DNA from: Candidatus Omnitrophota bacterium
GTDB lineage: Bacteria > Omnitrophota > Gorgyraeia > Zapsychrales > Fredricksoniimonadaceae
Direction: 5' to 3'
Length of the DNA stretch: 64,000 nucleotides
NCBI GenBank assembly: GCA_028865345.1
Contig: JAGWKL010000002.1
Coordinates: forward strand, 665-64,664
Under the pieces are notes generated by a model. That model was not told the DNA's origin and did no database searches. It saw only the letters and a program-made list of their open reading frames with translations. This document shows positions 55,567 to 64,000 of this stretch, piece by piece (position 1 is the stretch's first letter; each line of letters starts with the position of its first letter). The position numbers and the translations under genes are program-made.

Positions 55567-56497
55567 AGGCCTTTTGGCGAAGCTTATCGACATATTTCTT
55601 GTAATCGGCTTTAAATTGACCGTCCAACAATTTGTTATAAATCTGGTCTTTGACATCGGCCAGGGGCTGCTGTCTGGCCTTTGTCGCGCTGATGAGCTTA
55701 AAAATATAAATGCCGTTGGCCACTTCAACAGGATCTGAGACTTCGCCGGGTTTCAAATTAAAAACCACCTTTTCCACAGCATCCGCCATTTCTCCTTTTT
55801 CGACCTCTCCGATGGAAGAGCCGTCCGAATACTTCTGAAAAACCTTATTGAAATCTTCTCCCGCCATCAGGCGCGAACGGGCCTCGTCCGCGCGGCTGCG
55901 GGCCTCCTGCTTGCCGTACTTGCCGAAAGAAACAAAAATGGACTGCAGGTCCACCGCAGGCTTTTGATAAAAATCGCCCAGATGGTTGTTATAATAATCC
56001 GTGACATCCTGGGGGTTGACCATGATCTTATCACGCACTTGCATATCGATCTCATACTGGACCTTCATCTGGTCCAGCAACCTGCGCCGCAGATCAGTGA
56101 TGGTCATCCCCTGGGCATCAAGCGCCCTTATAAACACATCTTCACTGGGATAACGGTCTTCGATCTCCTGCAGGCGCTTATCAACAGCGTCATCATTGAC
56201 TTTAAGGCCCTGGGCATCTGCAGCGGCCAGGATCAACTTGTCTTCAATCAACCGGTCCAGTCCTCTCTGTTCATACTCTTGCAGGATCTTTTGGACTTCC
56301 TGGGGCGACCTGTTTTCCAGCCTCATTTGGCCGGCCACGCCCGCAATGTATTGACGCAGGTCCCTCATGGTGATGACATCATCGTTGACAACGGCAATAA
56401 TGGCATCCCCGCCGTCGGCATGCGCAGGAAGCAACGGACAAAAGAACAATGATAGGACCAAAACACCCTTAAATATGTTTCGCATGTAATTGTTCAT
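55550..56497 (-). CDS. surA: Periplasmic chaperone / peptidyl-prolyl isomerase (SurA-like)
   Basis: Signal peptide, a SurA N-terminal chaperone-like region and a parvulin segment. It sits in the conserved surA-pdxA-rsmA order. Confidence 0.75.
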   Translation of the reverse strand: MNNYMRNIFKGVLVLSLFFCPLLPAHADGGDAIIAVVNDDVITMRDLRQYIAGVAGQMRLENRSPQEVQKILQEYEQRGLDRLIEDKLILAAADAQGLKVNDDAVDKRLQEIEDRYPSEDVFIRALDAQGMTITDLRRRLLDQMKVQYEIDMQVRDKIMVNPQDVTDYYNNHLGDFYQKPAVDLQSIFVSFGKYGKQEARSRADEARSRLMAGEDFNKVFQKYSDGSSIGEVEKGEMADAVEKVVFNLKPGEVSDPVEVANGIYIFKLISATKARQQPLADVKDQIYNKLLDGQFKADYKKYVDKLRQKAYVEIK

Positions 56498-56505
56498 TGC
56501 TGATC

Positions 56506-58380
56506 TTAAACCTCTTTTCTTAGATGTTCGATGGATTCTTTCAACAAACGGCAATACAGGTCAAAACCGATGCTGGCGATAAAACCGTGCTGCTGGGAAC
56601 CCAACAGATTGCCCGCGCCGCGGATCTGCAGGTCTTCGAAAGCAATGTGAAATCCCGCCCCCAGATCGCTGTGCTTTTCAATGGCTTTAAGCCTCTGCCT
56701 GGCAATTTCCGACTGGGATTCACGCCTCGGCACAATAAAATACGCATAAGCCTGCACGTCCAGCCGGCCCACGCGGCCGCGCAATTGGTGCAAATCCGCC
56801 AAACCAAACTTGTCCGCGCGGTTGACGATAAGCGTATTGGCCAAAGGCACGTCGATACCGGATTCAATGATCGTCGTACACACCAGGACATCGATTTCTT
56901 TTTTGAGGAATTTTAACATGATTTCTTCCAGGAAGCGAGCGCTCATTTGTCCATGTGCTATACCTAAACGCGCATGGGGCACGAGTTTTCTTATGCCCTC
57001 CGCGATCGTCTCGATGTTCTCAACGCGGTTATGCAAAAAAAACACCTGGCCCCCGCGCGCCAGCTCCCTTTCAATGGCATCATGGATCAAGTCTTCATCA
57101 AAAGGAATCATCTGGGTTTTCACGGCCAGGCGGTTGGTCGGCGGGGAAGAAATTACGGACATGTCCCGTGCGCCTGCCAGGGCCATGTAAAGGGTCCGCG
57201 GGATCGGAGTGGCTGTCAGGGTCATCACATCGGCCAACAGGCGGAAATGTTTTAATTTCTCCTTGGACCGCACGCCGAAACGCTGTTCCTCATCAATAAT
57301 GACCAGCCCCAGGTCTTTGAACGCGACGTCCTTGGACAACAGCCGGTGGGTGCCGATCAATATGTCGACCTTGCCTTCGGCGGCTTCCTTGACGATCATC
57401 TGCTGCTCATGCTTGGTACGGAAACGCGACAACATCCCCACCTTGACGGGAAAACCTTCCAGCCGTTTGGTAAAATTATAATAATGTTGTTCCGCCAAAA
57501 TTGTTGTTGGAACCAAAAGGGCCACCTGTTTGTTGTCCATGACGGCTTTAAAGGCCGCGCGCATGGCCACCTCGGTCTTGCCATAACCTACATCCCCGCA
57601 GATAAGCCGGTCCATAGGCCTGGGAGATTCCATATCAACCTTGGTTTCCAACGTCGCTTTCAACTGGTCAGGCGTTTCTTTATAAGGAAACCTGCCCTCA
57701 AATTCCTTTTGCCATTCATTGTCTTTGGTAAACGCGAAGCCTGCCAGTTGCGCTCTTAAGGCCTGCGTACGCAGCATCTCGGCCGCCAAAGCCTTAAGCT
57801 TCTTTTCTACGGCCCGGCGGGTGGCCAGCCATTCCTTGCCGCCCAATTTGTGCAAACGGGCCGGGCGCTTGGTGAATGATACATATTTTTGCACTAAATG
57901 GACGTCATGCTTGGGCACGAATAATTTATCACCGTCCTTGTATTCGATGACAAGGTGTTCTTTCTTCTGGGCGGTGAGATCAAATTCTTTGATGCCGATG
58001 AAGCGGCCTATACCGTGATTGTTATGCACGACATAGTCGCCCTGCTCGATATCCACGAAATTATTTAAAGGGACTTCAGCGCTGAAAACGGACTGCGAAG
58101 ATGTTTTAAACGGCGCCACGATGACGATGGCGTGCTCGTCGATAGGGGCGGCCGTGGCAGGGTCAAAGCCATGGATGGCGCGGATGGTATCATCTTCCAA
58201 ATCCAGGCGCAAAGGAACTTCAAAATGGGCGGGATAAACGTCCAGCACGCCGCCGCGCAGGGCAAATTCACCTTCCTTAAAAACCTTTGTCGCCCGGGCG
58301 TACCCGAAGGCGACGAGAGTCCGAACGACGTCGTCCACGTTGACCTTTTGGCCAACCAAAAATTCAAGAGATTTGAACAT
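56506..58380 (-). CDS. mfd: Transcription-repair coupling factor, compact form (624 aa)
   Basis: CarD/RID segment GDYVVHNNHGIGRFIG...YKDGDKLFVP. SF2 helicase motifs GDVGYGKTEVA, DEEQRFG and QLRGRVGR. TRG-like DLQIRGAGNLLG. There is no UvrB-homology N-terminal module and no C-terminal D7. Confidence 0.85.
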   Translation of the reverse strand: MFKSLEFLVGQKVNVDDVVRTLVAFGYARATKVFKEGEFALRGGVLDVYPAHFEVPLRLDLEDDTIRAIHGFDPATAAPIDEHAIVIVAPFKTSSQSVFSAEVPLNNFVDIEQGDYVVHNNHGIGRFIGIKEFDLTAQKKEHLVIEYKDGDKLFVPKHDVHLVQKYVSFTKRPARLHKLGGKEWLATRRAVEKKLKALAAEMLRTQALRAQLAGFAFTKDNEWQKEFEGRFPYKETPDQLKATLETKVDMESPRPMDRLICGDVGYGKTEVAMRAAFKAVMDNKQVALLVPTTILAEQHYYNFTKRLEGFPVKVGMLSRFRTKHEQQMIVKEAAEGKVDILIGTHRLLSKDVAFKDLGLVIIDEEQRFGVRSKEKLKHFRLLADVMTLTATPIPRTLYMALAGARDMSVISSPPTNRLAVKTQMIPFDEDLIHDAIERELARGGQVFFLHNRVENIETIAEGIRKLVPHARLGIAHGQMSARFLEEIMLKFLKKEIDVLVCTTIIESGIDVPLANTLIVNRADKFGLADLHQLRGRVGRLDVQAYAYFIVPRRESQSEIARQRLKAIEKHSDLGAGFHIAFEDLQIRGAGNLLGSQQHGFIASIGFDLYCRLLKESIEHLRKEV

Positions 58381-58416
58381 AGAAAAAACTTAAAGACAGG
58401 ACGGCGCTCTCGACCG

Positions 58417-60621
58417 CTACCACTTCTTCTTTCCCTGCAACCACAAGAAAAGCGGCGATACGATCCACACCGTTGAATAAGTCCCGAAGAGAAAACCTCG
58501 GATCAAGACAAAGGCAAAGGTGTTGAGCACTTCGCCCCCGAAGAAAAACAAAGCCAGAGCGGACAATGTCGTCATGAAGGTGGTCAGCACGGTGCGGCCC
58601 AAGGTCTGGTTGATGCTCTCATTGATCACATCCGCCAGTGGCTTGTTTCGCATCTTGGGCACGTTCTCCCGCACACGGTCGTAAATGATGATGGCGTCGT
58701 TGGTGGAGTAACCGGTGATCGTAAGGATGGCGGTGACCACCAACAGGTCTATCTGGCGGCCTGCGATCAGGATGAGCGACAACGTGATCAGCACGTCATG
58801 GAAAATAGCCACGACCGTCGCCAGCCCGAAGGTGTAATGCTTGAAACGAAAGCCGATATAGATCAGCATGCCCCCTAAGGCCAGGGCGATGGCCCAAATG
58901 GCCTTGATGCGAAGCGCTTGCCCCACGACAGGGCCCACCTTCTCGATGCGCAGGATTTGATAAGGATTGTCCGGCATTTTACTCTTGAAAAGCTTCGCAA
59001 CCGCCACATCGCTGTCCTGCGGAGTGCGGATGATCACGTCATCAGGGACATGGGGAAAAGTTTGGATGACGGCGTCCGCCACCCTGCCCTCTTTAAGCAA
59101 GGCGCGCAGTTTGTCAGCCGTGACCGGATGGGCAAATTTATACTCCTGGATCTGGCCCCCGGCGAAATCGATGCCGAAAGCCGCATCTTTTTTATGGGCA
59201 AAATCAACGGCGCCCCAAATGATGATGCCCGCGGAAAGGGCAAAACAAATATACTTCTTGTTTAAAAAGTTAAAATGGGGATTCCTGAAAAGGTGCATCA
59301 TCGGCAGGGACTTGATATGCCTCTGCGAGATGAGCCAGTTAAAGAAGGTCCGAGTGACATAGATTGAAGAAAACAAACTGGCGACCAGACCCGTCGATAA
59401 AGTAATGGCAAAACCCTTGATGGGCCCGGAACCGAATTGGAACAGGAAAAATGCGGCAATAAGCGACGTCACATGCGAGTCAAGGATCGCAGACCAGGCA
59501 CGGGCATAACCCGTATTGACCGACGCGGTCAAAGGCCTGCCGTTGTCCAGCTCTTCACGGATGCGCTCGTTGATAAGCACGTTGGCATCCACCGCCATGC
59601 CGAGGGTCAGGATGATCCCCGCGATGCCGGGCAATGTCAGTGTTACCTGGGACTGCGGCAAAAGGATGTTCAAAAGCCCCATGCTTCCCAAAATCATCAG
59701 CAGGTTGATGGCCAATGCCGCCGACGCGATGAACCCCCCTATAAAATAATAAAGGCACATAAAGAACACGATCGCGACCCCGCCCAAAATTGTGGCTTTG
59801 ACGCCGGCTTCAATGGAATCCTTCCCTAATAAGGGGCCGATGGTGCGCTCTTCCTCGATGGTCATGGGCACAGGCAGAGCGCCGGTGCGCAGGGCCAGGG
59901 CCAAAAGCGAGGCCTCTTCAAACTTGAAATCCCCTGTGATTTCCGCGTCACCGGTCAGTATGGGCTCCCGGATCACCGGGGCAGATAGGACCTGATTGTC
60001 CAAAACAATAGCCAGGCGGTCGCCTACGTGCGCGGTCGTCAGATCACCGAACTCCTTGGCGCCCTTTTCATTGAAGCTCATAGTGATCTTGGGCTGCATG
60101 CCGTTCTGGCTGATGTCCACGCGGGCGTCCTTGATATTTTGCCCGCCCATGGCCACGGTTTTGTAAATCAAAATCGGCGTACCGCCTTCTTTCTTTATGG
60201 TCATCAATTCCTCACCGGCAGGCACCTTGCCGTTCAAAGCGGCCTTTAAATGCCCCTCATCAGGGTCCACCATATGGAATTCCAGGCGCGCCACGCGGCC
60301 GATCATGGCCAGGGCCTTTTGACGGTCGGTAACGCCGGGCAGTTGCAATAAAATCTGGTTGTTGCCCTGGCGCTGGATCAGGGTCTCGCCCACACCCAAC
60401 CCGTCGATGCGGTTACGCAAAACCTCCATGGACCTCAGCACCGCGTCTTCCTTCTCCTGGGCGGTGGGCAAATTCTGGTTATCGACCCTCAGGACAAGAT
60501 GCATCCCGCCTTTGAGGTCAAGTCCCAAATTGATGCGTTTATTGATAGGAATTAAGGAAACCACACAGCCGGCGATAACGGCAATGATAATGATGGACCT
60601 TTTACGAAGTTCTTTCGACAT
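58417..60621 (-). CDS. secDF: Fused protein-export membrane protein SecDF
   Basis: A SecD periplasmic domain with six TM helices, followed by a SecF half (GIDFAGG ...). 734 aa. Confidence 0.9.
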   Translation of the reverse strand: MSKELRKRSIIIIAVIAGCVVSLIPINKRINLGLDLKGGMHLVLRVDNQNLPTAQEKEDAVLRSMEVLRNRIDGLGVGETLIQRQGNNQILLQLPGVTDRQKALAMIGRVARLEFHMVDPDEGHLKAALNGKVPAGEELMTIKKEGGTPILIYKTVAMGGQNIKDARVDISQNGMQPKITMSFNEKGAKEFGDLTTAHVGDRLAIVLDNQVLSAPVIREPILTGDAEITGDFKFEEASLLALALRTGALPVPMTIEEERTIGPLLGKDSIEAGVKATILGGVAIVFFMCLYYFIGGFIASAALAINLLMILGSMGLLNILLPQSQVTLTLPGIAGIILTLGMAVDANVLINERIREELDNGRPLTASVNTGYARAWSAILDSHVTSLIAAFFLFQFGSGPIKGFAITLSTGLVASLFSSIYVTRTFFNWLISQRHIKSLPMMHLFRNPHFNFLNKKYICFALSAGIIIWGAVDFAHKKDAAFGIDFAGGQIQEYKFAHPVTADKLRALLKEGRVADAVIQTFPHVPDDVIIRTPQDSDVAVAKLFKSKMPDNPYQILRIEKVGPVVGQALRIKAIWAIALALGGMLIYIGFRFKHYTFGLATVVAIFHDVLITLSLILIAGRQIDLLVVTAILTITGYSTNDAIIIYDRVRENVPKMRNKPLADVINESINQTLGRTVLTTFMTTLSALALFFFGGEVLNTFAFVLIRGFLFGTYSTVWIVSPLFLWLQGKKKW

Positions 60622-60692
60622 TCAAAAACCCTCTCTAGCTCACGCTTTTAAGAAGACATACGAAATCGAAGCAATTGGGCCTTTTTCTTTGT

Positions 60693-60989
60693 TCATTTAA
60701 CGACCTCGACTTTTGCTTCGCTCACTTTTACTGAGGCAATGGATTCACGGTCAAACTCAATGCGGCAGCCTTCATCCACGCGCACCACAATGGTCTTCTC
60801 TTTGATAATAGCCACCGTACCGTGAATGCCGGAAGTGGTGACCACCTCGTCATTCTTCTTAAGATTGGCCATCATTTCTTTGAATTTTTTCTGCTGTTGC
60901 CGTTGGGGGCGGATCAGGAGAAAATAACCCCAAACAGCGATCAGAGCCAGAAAAAGCAAATTCTGACTCAAAGCTGATTGTTGGAACAT
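60693..60989 (-). CDS. yajC: Preprotein translocase subunit YajC
   Basis: Single TM helix, RPQRQQQKKFKEMMANLKKNDEVVTTSGIHG. Confidence 0.9.
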   Translation of the reverse strand: MFQQSALSQNLLFLALIAVWGYFLLIRPQRQQQKKFKEMMANLKKNDEVVTTSGIHGTVAIIKEKTIVVRVDEGCRIEFDRESIASVKVSEAKVEVVK

Positions 60990-60999
60990 AGAACCACCT

Positions 61000-61239
61000 T
61001 TATTTGACTTTCTTCATTAAACTTCGGACGGTATCGCTCAATTGGGCGCCCTTGGACACCCATGCCGCGATCTTTTCTTTTTTGAGCGAAAAATAGGACT
61101 TCTTGGCAGGGTCATAATATCCCAAAATGTCCAGGGTACGACCGTCGCGGCCTTCTTTACGGCTCATTGCCACCACACGCCAGTTGTAAGCCTTGTTGGC
61201 GGCCTTGCCTGCTTTTTGTAGACGGATTCTAACTTCCAT
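61000..61239 (-). CDS. rpsP: 30S ribosomal protein S16
   Basis: MEVRIRLQKAGKAANKAYNWRVVA...GYYDP. Confidence 0.92.
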   Translation of the reverse strand: MEVRIRLQKAGKAANKAYNWRVVAMSRKEGRDGRTLDILGYYDPAKKSYFSLKKEKIAAWVSKGAQLSDTVRSLMKKVK

Positions 61240-61268
61240 GTGATTTCATTTCCTTTCCTAGATTAAAC

Positions 61269-62762
61269 TTAAGCATGGGCCAATTCAATGGCTTTGATCT
61301 GGGCCCTGGCTTTGTTCATTGTTTCCATGTATTCCGTGGCAGGGTCGGAATCAGCCACAACACCGCCCCCTGCCTGGACGTAGGCCTTTTTCTTATGAAC
61401 CACTATTGTACGTATAGTTATGCAAGTATCAAGGTTTTTTGAGAAACTCAAAATCCCAACGCACCCGCCATACGGCCCTCTTTTTTGGGGCTCCATATCT
61501 TCGATGATCTCCATGGCCCTGATCTTCGGCGCTCCGGAAAGCGTTCCGGCGGGGAATACTGCCTCCAAGGCATCCAGGGCGTCCTTATCTTTGCGCAACA
61601 TGCCCCTCACGTTGCTGACAATGTGCATCACGTGAGAATATTTCTCGACTTCCATAAATTCCGAAAGACGCACAGTTCCCTTTTCGCATACGCGGCCCAG
61701 ATCATTGCGGCCCAAATCCACCAGCATGATATGTTCGGCTTTTTCCTTGGGGTCGGCCAAAAGGCTTTTCTTCAAAGCCTCGTCTTGGGCCTCATCGCCG
61801 CCCCTGGGGCGGGTACCCGCGATAGGTCTGGTCTCGACCACGCCGTTTTCGCAACGCACCAAAAGCTCAGGGGACGCCCCTACCAGCTGCAACCCGTCAA
61901 AATCCAAATAAAACATATACGGCGAAGGATTGAGCACACGCAAAGAACGATAAATTTCGAAAGCGCCGACGTTGATGTCCATTTGAAAACGTTGAGAAGG
62001 AACAATCTGAAAAATATCGCCGGCTTTGATATGGACCTTCGCCCTGGAAACCACCCGTTCGTACTGGGCCTTGGTAAAGTTCGAGACCGCGGATATTTTC
62101 TTAGGCCTTCTTTTAGGCGCAGCGGCTACATAAGGTTTACGCAAATCCGCGATCAACGCGTCGATGGTCCTGCAGGCGGCGTTATATTTCTTGATTTTGG
62201 CCCTGCGGCCGTCTTTTTTGTCCAGATGCACGCAACTGATCACCTTGATCGCATGGTGACGATGGTCGAAGGCCACCAAATCGCGGGCCAGCCCCAGGCA
62301 AACATCAGGGAGCTTCAAATCATCAACGGTCTTGTCCGGCAGGCGTTCAAAAAAACGCACGCAATCATAACTTAAATATCCCACCATGCCGCCATAGAAA
62401 CGTGGTAGGCCATCGACCTGGACGGCACGGTAATCTTTCATCAACCGCCGAACCACAGACAAAGGAGAGCCTTCAAAAGAAATTTTCTCCGGCTGATGCC
62501 TCCCCCCGACAAAGCGCAGGACACGGGCCTCATGGCCTTTGGAGGTAAAAACCAGTTCGGGATCCCGGGCGATAAAGGAATACCGCGCGACCTTCTCCTC
62601 GCCCTCTACGGATTCCAATAAGAAAGAATAAGCCGAACGCCCGGCCAACTTGTAATACGCGGACACCGGCGTTTCCAGGTCCCCGGGGATTTCCTTGTAA
62701 ACGGGGATCAAATTGCCCTTGGAAGTCAATTTTAAAAACTCTTGCTGAGACAAATAATTCAT
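61269..62762 (-). CDS. trpE: Anthranilate synthase component I (TrpE/PabB family)
   Basis: GASPELLV, PIAGTRPRG, GTLSGAPK and RGPYGG motifs. No glutamine-amidotransferase partner is adjacent. Confidence 0.8.
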   Translation of the reverse strand: MNYLSQQEFLKLTSKGNLIPVYKEIPGDLETPVSAYYKLAGRSAYSFLLESVEGEEKVARYSFIARDPELVFTSKGHEARVLRFVGGRHQPEKISFEGSPLSVVRRLMKDYRAVQVDGLPRFYGGMVGYLSYDCVRFFERLPDKTVDDLKLPDVCLGLARDLVAFDHRHHAIKVISCVHLDKKDGRRAKIKKYNAACRTIDALIADLRKPYVAAAPKRRPKKISAVSNFTKAQYERVVSRAKVHIKAGDIFQIVPSQRFQMDINVGAFEIYRSLRVLNPSPYMFYLDFDGLQLVGASPELLVRCENGVVETRPIAGTRPRGGDEAQDEALKKSLLADPKEKAEHIMLVDLGRNDLGRVCEKGTVRLSEFMEVEKYSHVMHIVSNVRGMLRKDKDALDALEAVFPAGTLSGAPKIRAMEIIEDMEPQKRGPYGGCVGILSFSKNLDTCITIRTIVVHKKKAYVQAGGGVVADSDPATEYMETMNKARAQIKAIELAHA

Positions 62763-62763
62763 T

Positions 62764-63126
62764 TTAATGTTCTATCTTGCGATAAAAGCAGCTTCTCTTC
62801 ATGGTGTGGCACGCGCAGCCCACCTGATCGACCTTCATCAAAAGCACATCGCAATCGCAGTCATAATAAATCTCTTTCACGTACTGAAAATGGCCAGAGG
62901 TCTCACCCTTGACCCAGTATGTTTTGCGCGAACGTGACCAATAAGAAGCTTTGCCGCTTTTTAAGGTATCCCGCAGGGAATCGATGTTCATCCATGCCAT
63001 CATGAGGACCTCGCCGTTCTTGCAGTCCTGGGCAATGGCCGGAATGAGCCCTTCGCTGTTGAATTTCAATTTCTCCAAATTGTCTTTGGTGATCTGGATG
63101 GTTTCACTTTCAGGATTGTCGCTCAT
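62764..63126 (-). CDS. hisI: Phosphoribosyl-AMP cyclohydrolase (monofunctional)
   Basis: IPAIAQD, YWSRSR, KGETSG, and the Cys cluster CDCDVLL...CH. Confidence 0.9.
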   Translation of the reverse strand: MSDNPESETIQITKDNLEKLKFNSEGLIPAIAQDCKNGEVLMMAWMNIDSLRDTLKSGKASYWSRSRKTYWVKGETSGHFQYVKEIYYDCDCDVLLMKVDQVGCACHTMKRSCFYRKIEH

Positions 63127-63875
63127 CTCACGTTCACTTTCTTTTCTTTTAAGAATTTTTTGACTTCGGGTATCGGTATTTCACCATAATGAAAGACCGA
63201 TGCCGCCAGGGCGGCATCCGCCCCGCTTTCCACAAAAACACGGTAAAAATGCTCCAGAGCCCCCGCCCCTCCGGAGGCGATCACCGGTATGCCGACCGCC
63301 TCGGTGACGGCACGGGTTAGGCCCAAATCAAAACCGTTCTTGGTGCCGTCCGCATCCATGCTGGTCAATAAAATCTCCCCGGCGCCGAGGGCCTGGACCT
63401 CCCTGGCCCACGCCACCGCGTCCTTGCCCGTGGCCTCGCGTCCGCCGTGGGTAAAAACGTTCCAGCTCTCGCCGCTACGTTTGGCGTCAATGGCCACCAC
63501 AATGCACTGGGACCCGAACATATTGGCCGCCTGGCGTATCAGACCGGGTTCGTTGACGGCAGAGGTGTTGATCGAAACCTTGTCCGCGCCGGCATTCAAC
63601 AAAGCACGGATGTCAACCACATTGCTGATCCCTCCTCCAACGGTCAACGGCATAAACACGCATTCCGCGGTCTTGCGCACGACGTCGGCAAAAATCTTGC
63701 GCTTCTCGTGGCTGGCGGTGATGTCCAGAAAAACCAGTTCATCCGCGCCAGCCTGGTCATAGGCGCGGGCGCAATCCACCGGATCGCCGGCGTCCTTCAG
63801 GGAAACGAAATTGACCCCCTTGACGACCCTGCCGTCCTTGACATCCAAACACGGAATGATACGCTTATTAAGCAA
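63123..63875 (-). CDS. hisF: Imidazole glycerol phosphate synthase cyclase subunit
   Basis: [24 protein letters not shown], and SGGAG. The start codon is TTG. Confidence 0.92.
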   Translation of the reverse strand: MLNKRIIPCLDVKDGRVVKGVNFVSLKDAGDPVDCARAYDQAGADELVFLDITASHEKRKIFADVVRKTAECVFMPLTVGGGISNVVDIRALLNAGADKVSINTSAVNEPGLIRQAANMFGSQCIVVAIDAKRSGESWNVFTHGGREATGKDAVAWAREVQALGAGEILLTSMDADGTKNGFDLGLTRAVTEAVGIPVIASGGAGALEHFYRVFVESGADAALAASVFHYGEIPIPEVKKFLKEKKVNVR

Positions 63876-64000
63876 TGGTATCCAGCGCCTTTTTGAAATC
63901 CAGTTTTCCTTCGTAAATGGCCTTGCCTGTAATGGCCCCCCAAAGCTCCCTGCCTTCAGACGATTTTAAATTTTTTAATTTAACCACGTCTTCCAATGAA
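63868..64000 (-). CDS. hisA: HisA (ProFAR isomerase) C-terminal fragment, truncated by the window edge
   Basis: My manual minus-strand translation gives ...[23 protein letters not shown] followed by a stop. It overlaps the hisF start by 8 nt. Confidence 0.7.
   Translation of the reverse strand, partial: SLEDVVKLKNLKSSEGRELWGAITGKAIYEGKLDFKKALDTIA

Noticed and set aside
1-64000. CRISPR arrays, rRNA genes, IS elements or transposases, toxin-antitoxin pairs, reverse transcriptases and recognisable phage-defence genes
   Set aside because: I saw none while reading the intergenic regions and the ORF translations. The only long repeats are the PPase paralogues and the 22-bp inverted repeat. A computational repeat and HMM scan would be needed to exclude short or degenerate cases.

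Overview
This 64-kb window is a densely coding segment of a diderm bacterial chromosome. It holds about 65 genes, most on the minus strand, and encodes a FadL-type porin, SurA and SecDF-YajC. I found one tRNA-Ser(UGA) and no rRNA, CRISPR array, transposase or prophage. I cannot assign taxonomy from the sequence alone.

Housekeeping blocks:
- hemH
- nrdAB, where the R2 looks like the tyrosyl-radical-free class Ic type
- sodA-tpx
- menB-menA-menC-menE plus a DHNA-CoA-type thioesterase
- xseAB
- tsaD
- ctp
- gatCAB
- the surA-pdxA-rsmA block
- a compact mfd
- secDF-yajC-rpsP
- trpE
- hisIF(A)

Regions that deserve a second look:
1. Two about 80%-identical membrane pyrophosphatase genes lie in direct orientation (35.9-44.0 kb). 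They bracket a cassette of an HprK/PEPCK-type P-loop protein, an extended adenylate-kinase-like protein and a small Cys-rich membrane protein.
2. A 1180-aa secreted modular protein (30.6-34.1 kb) carries a degenerate kinase-like module and a UPF0489-like module. It sits next to a divergent two-component system.
3. Two convergent operons (23.4-30.0 kb) encode KAS, ACP, hydrolase, HAD phosphatase and aminotransferase on one strand, and a FemAB-like transferase plus an ArnE/F-like pair on the other. An exact 22-bp inverted repeat brackets them, placed sense-oriented upstream of each operon.
4. A FadL-like / ACP / thioesterase / HK / REC / GAF-HD-GYP operon (1.4-7.0 kb) resembles a fatty-acid signal circuit.
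5. A three-gene operon (45.5-47.0 kb) encodes bactofilin-HTH, a membrane-anchored HTH and an integrase-derived protein without a catalytic domain.

All calls come from reading the translated ORFs and the DNA by eye. No database search was possible.
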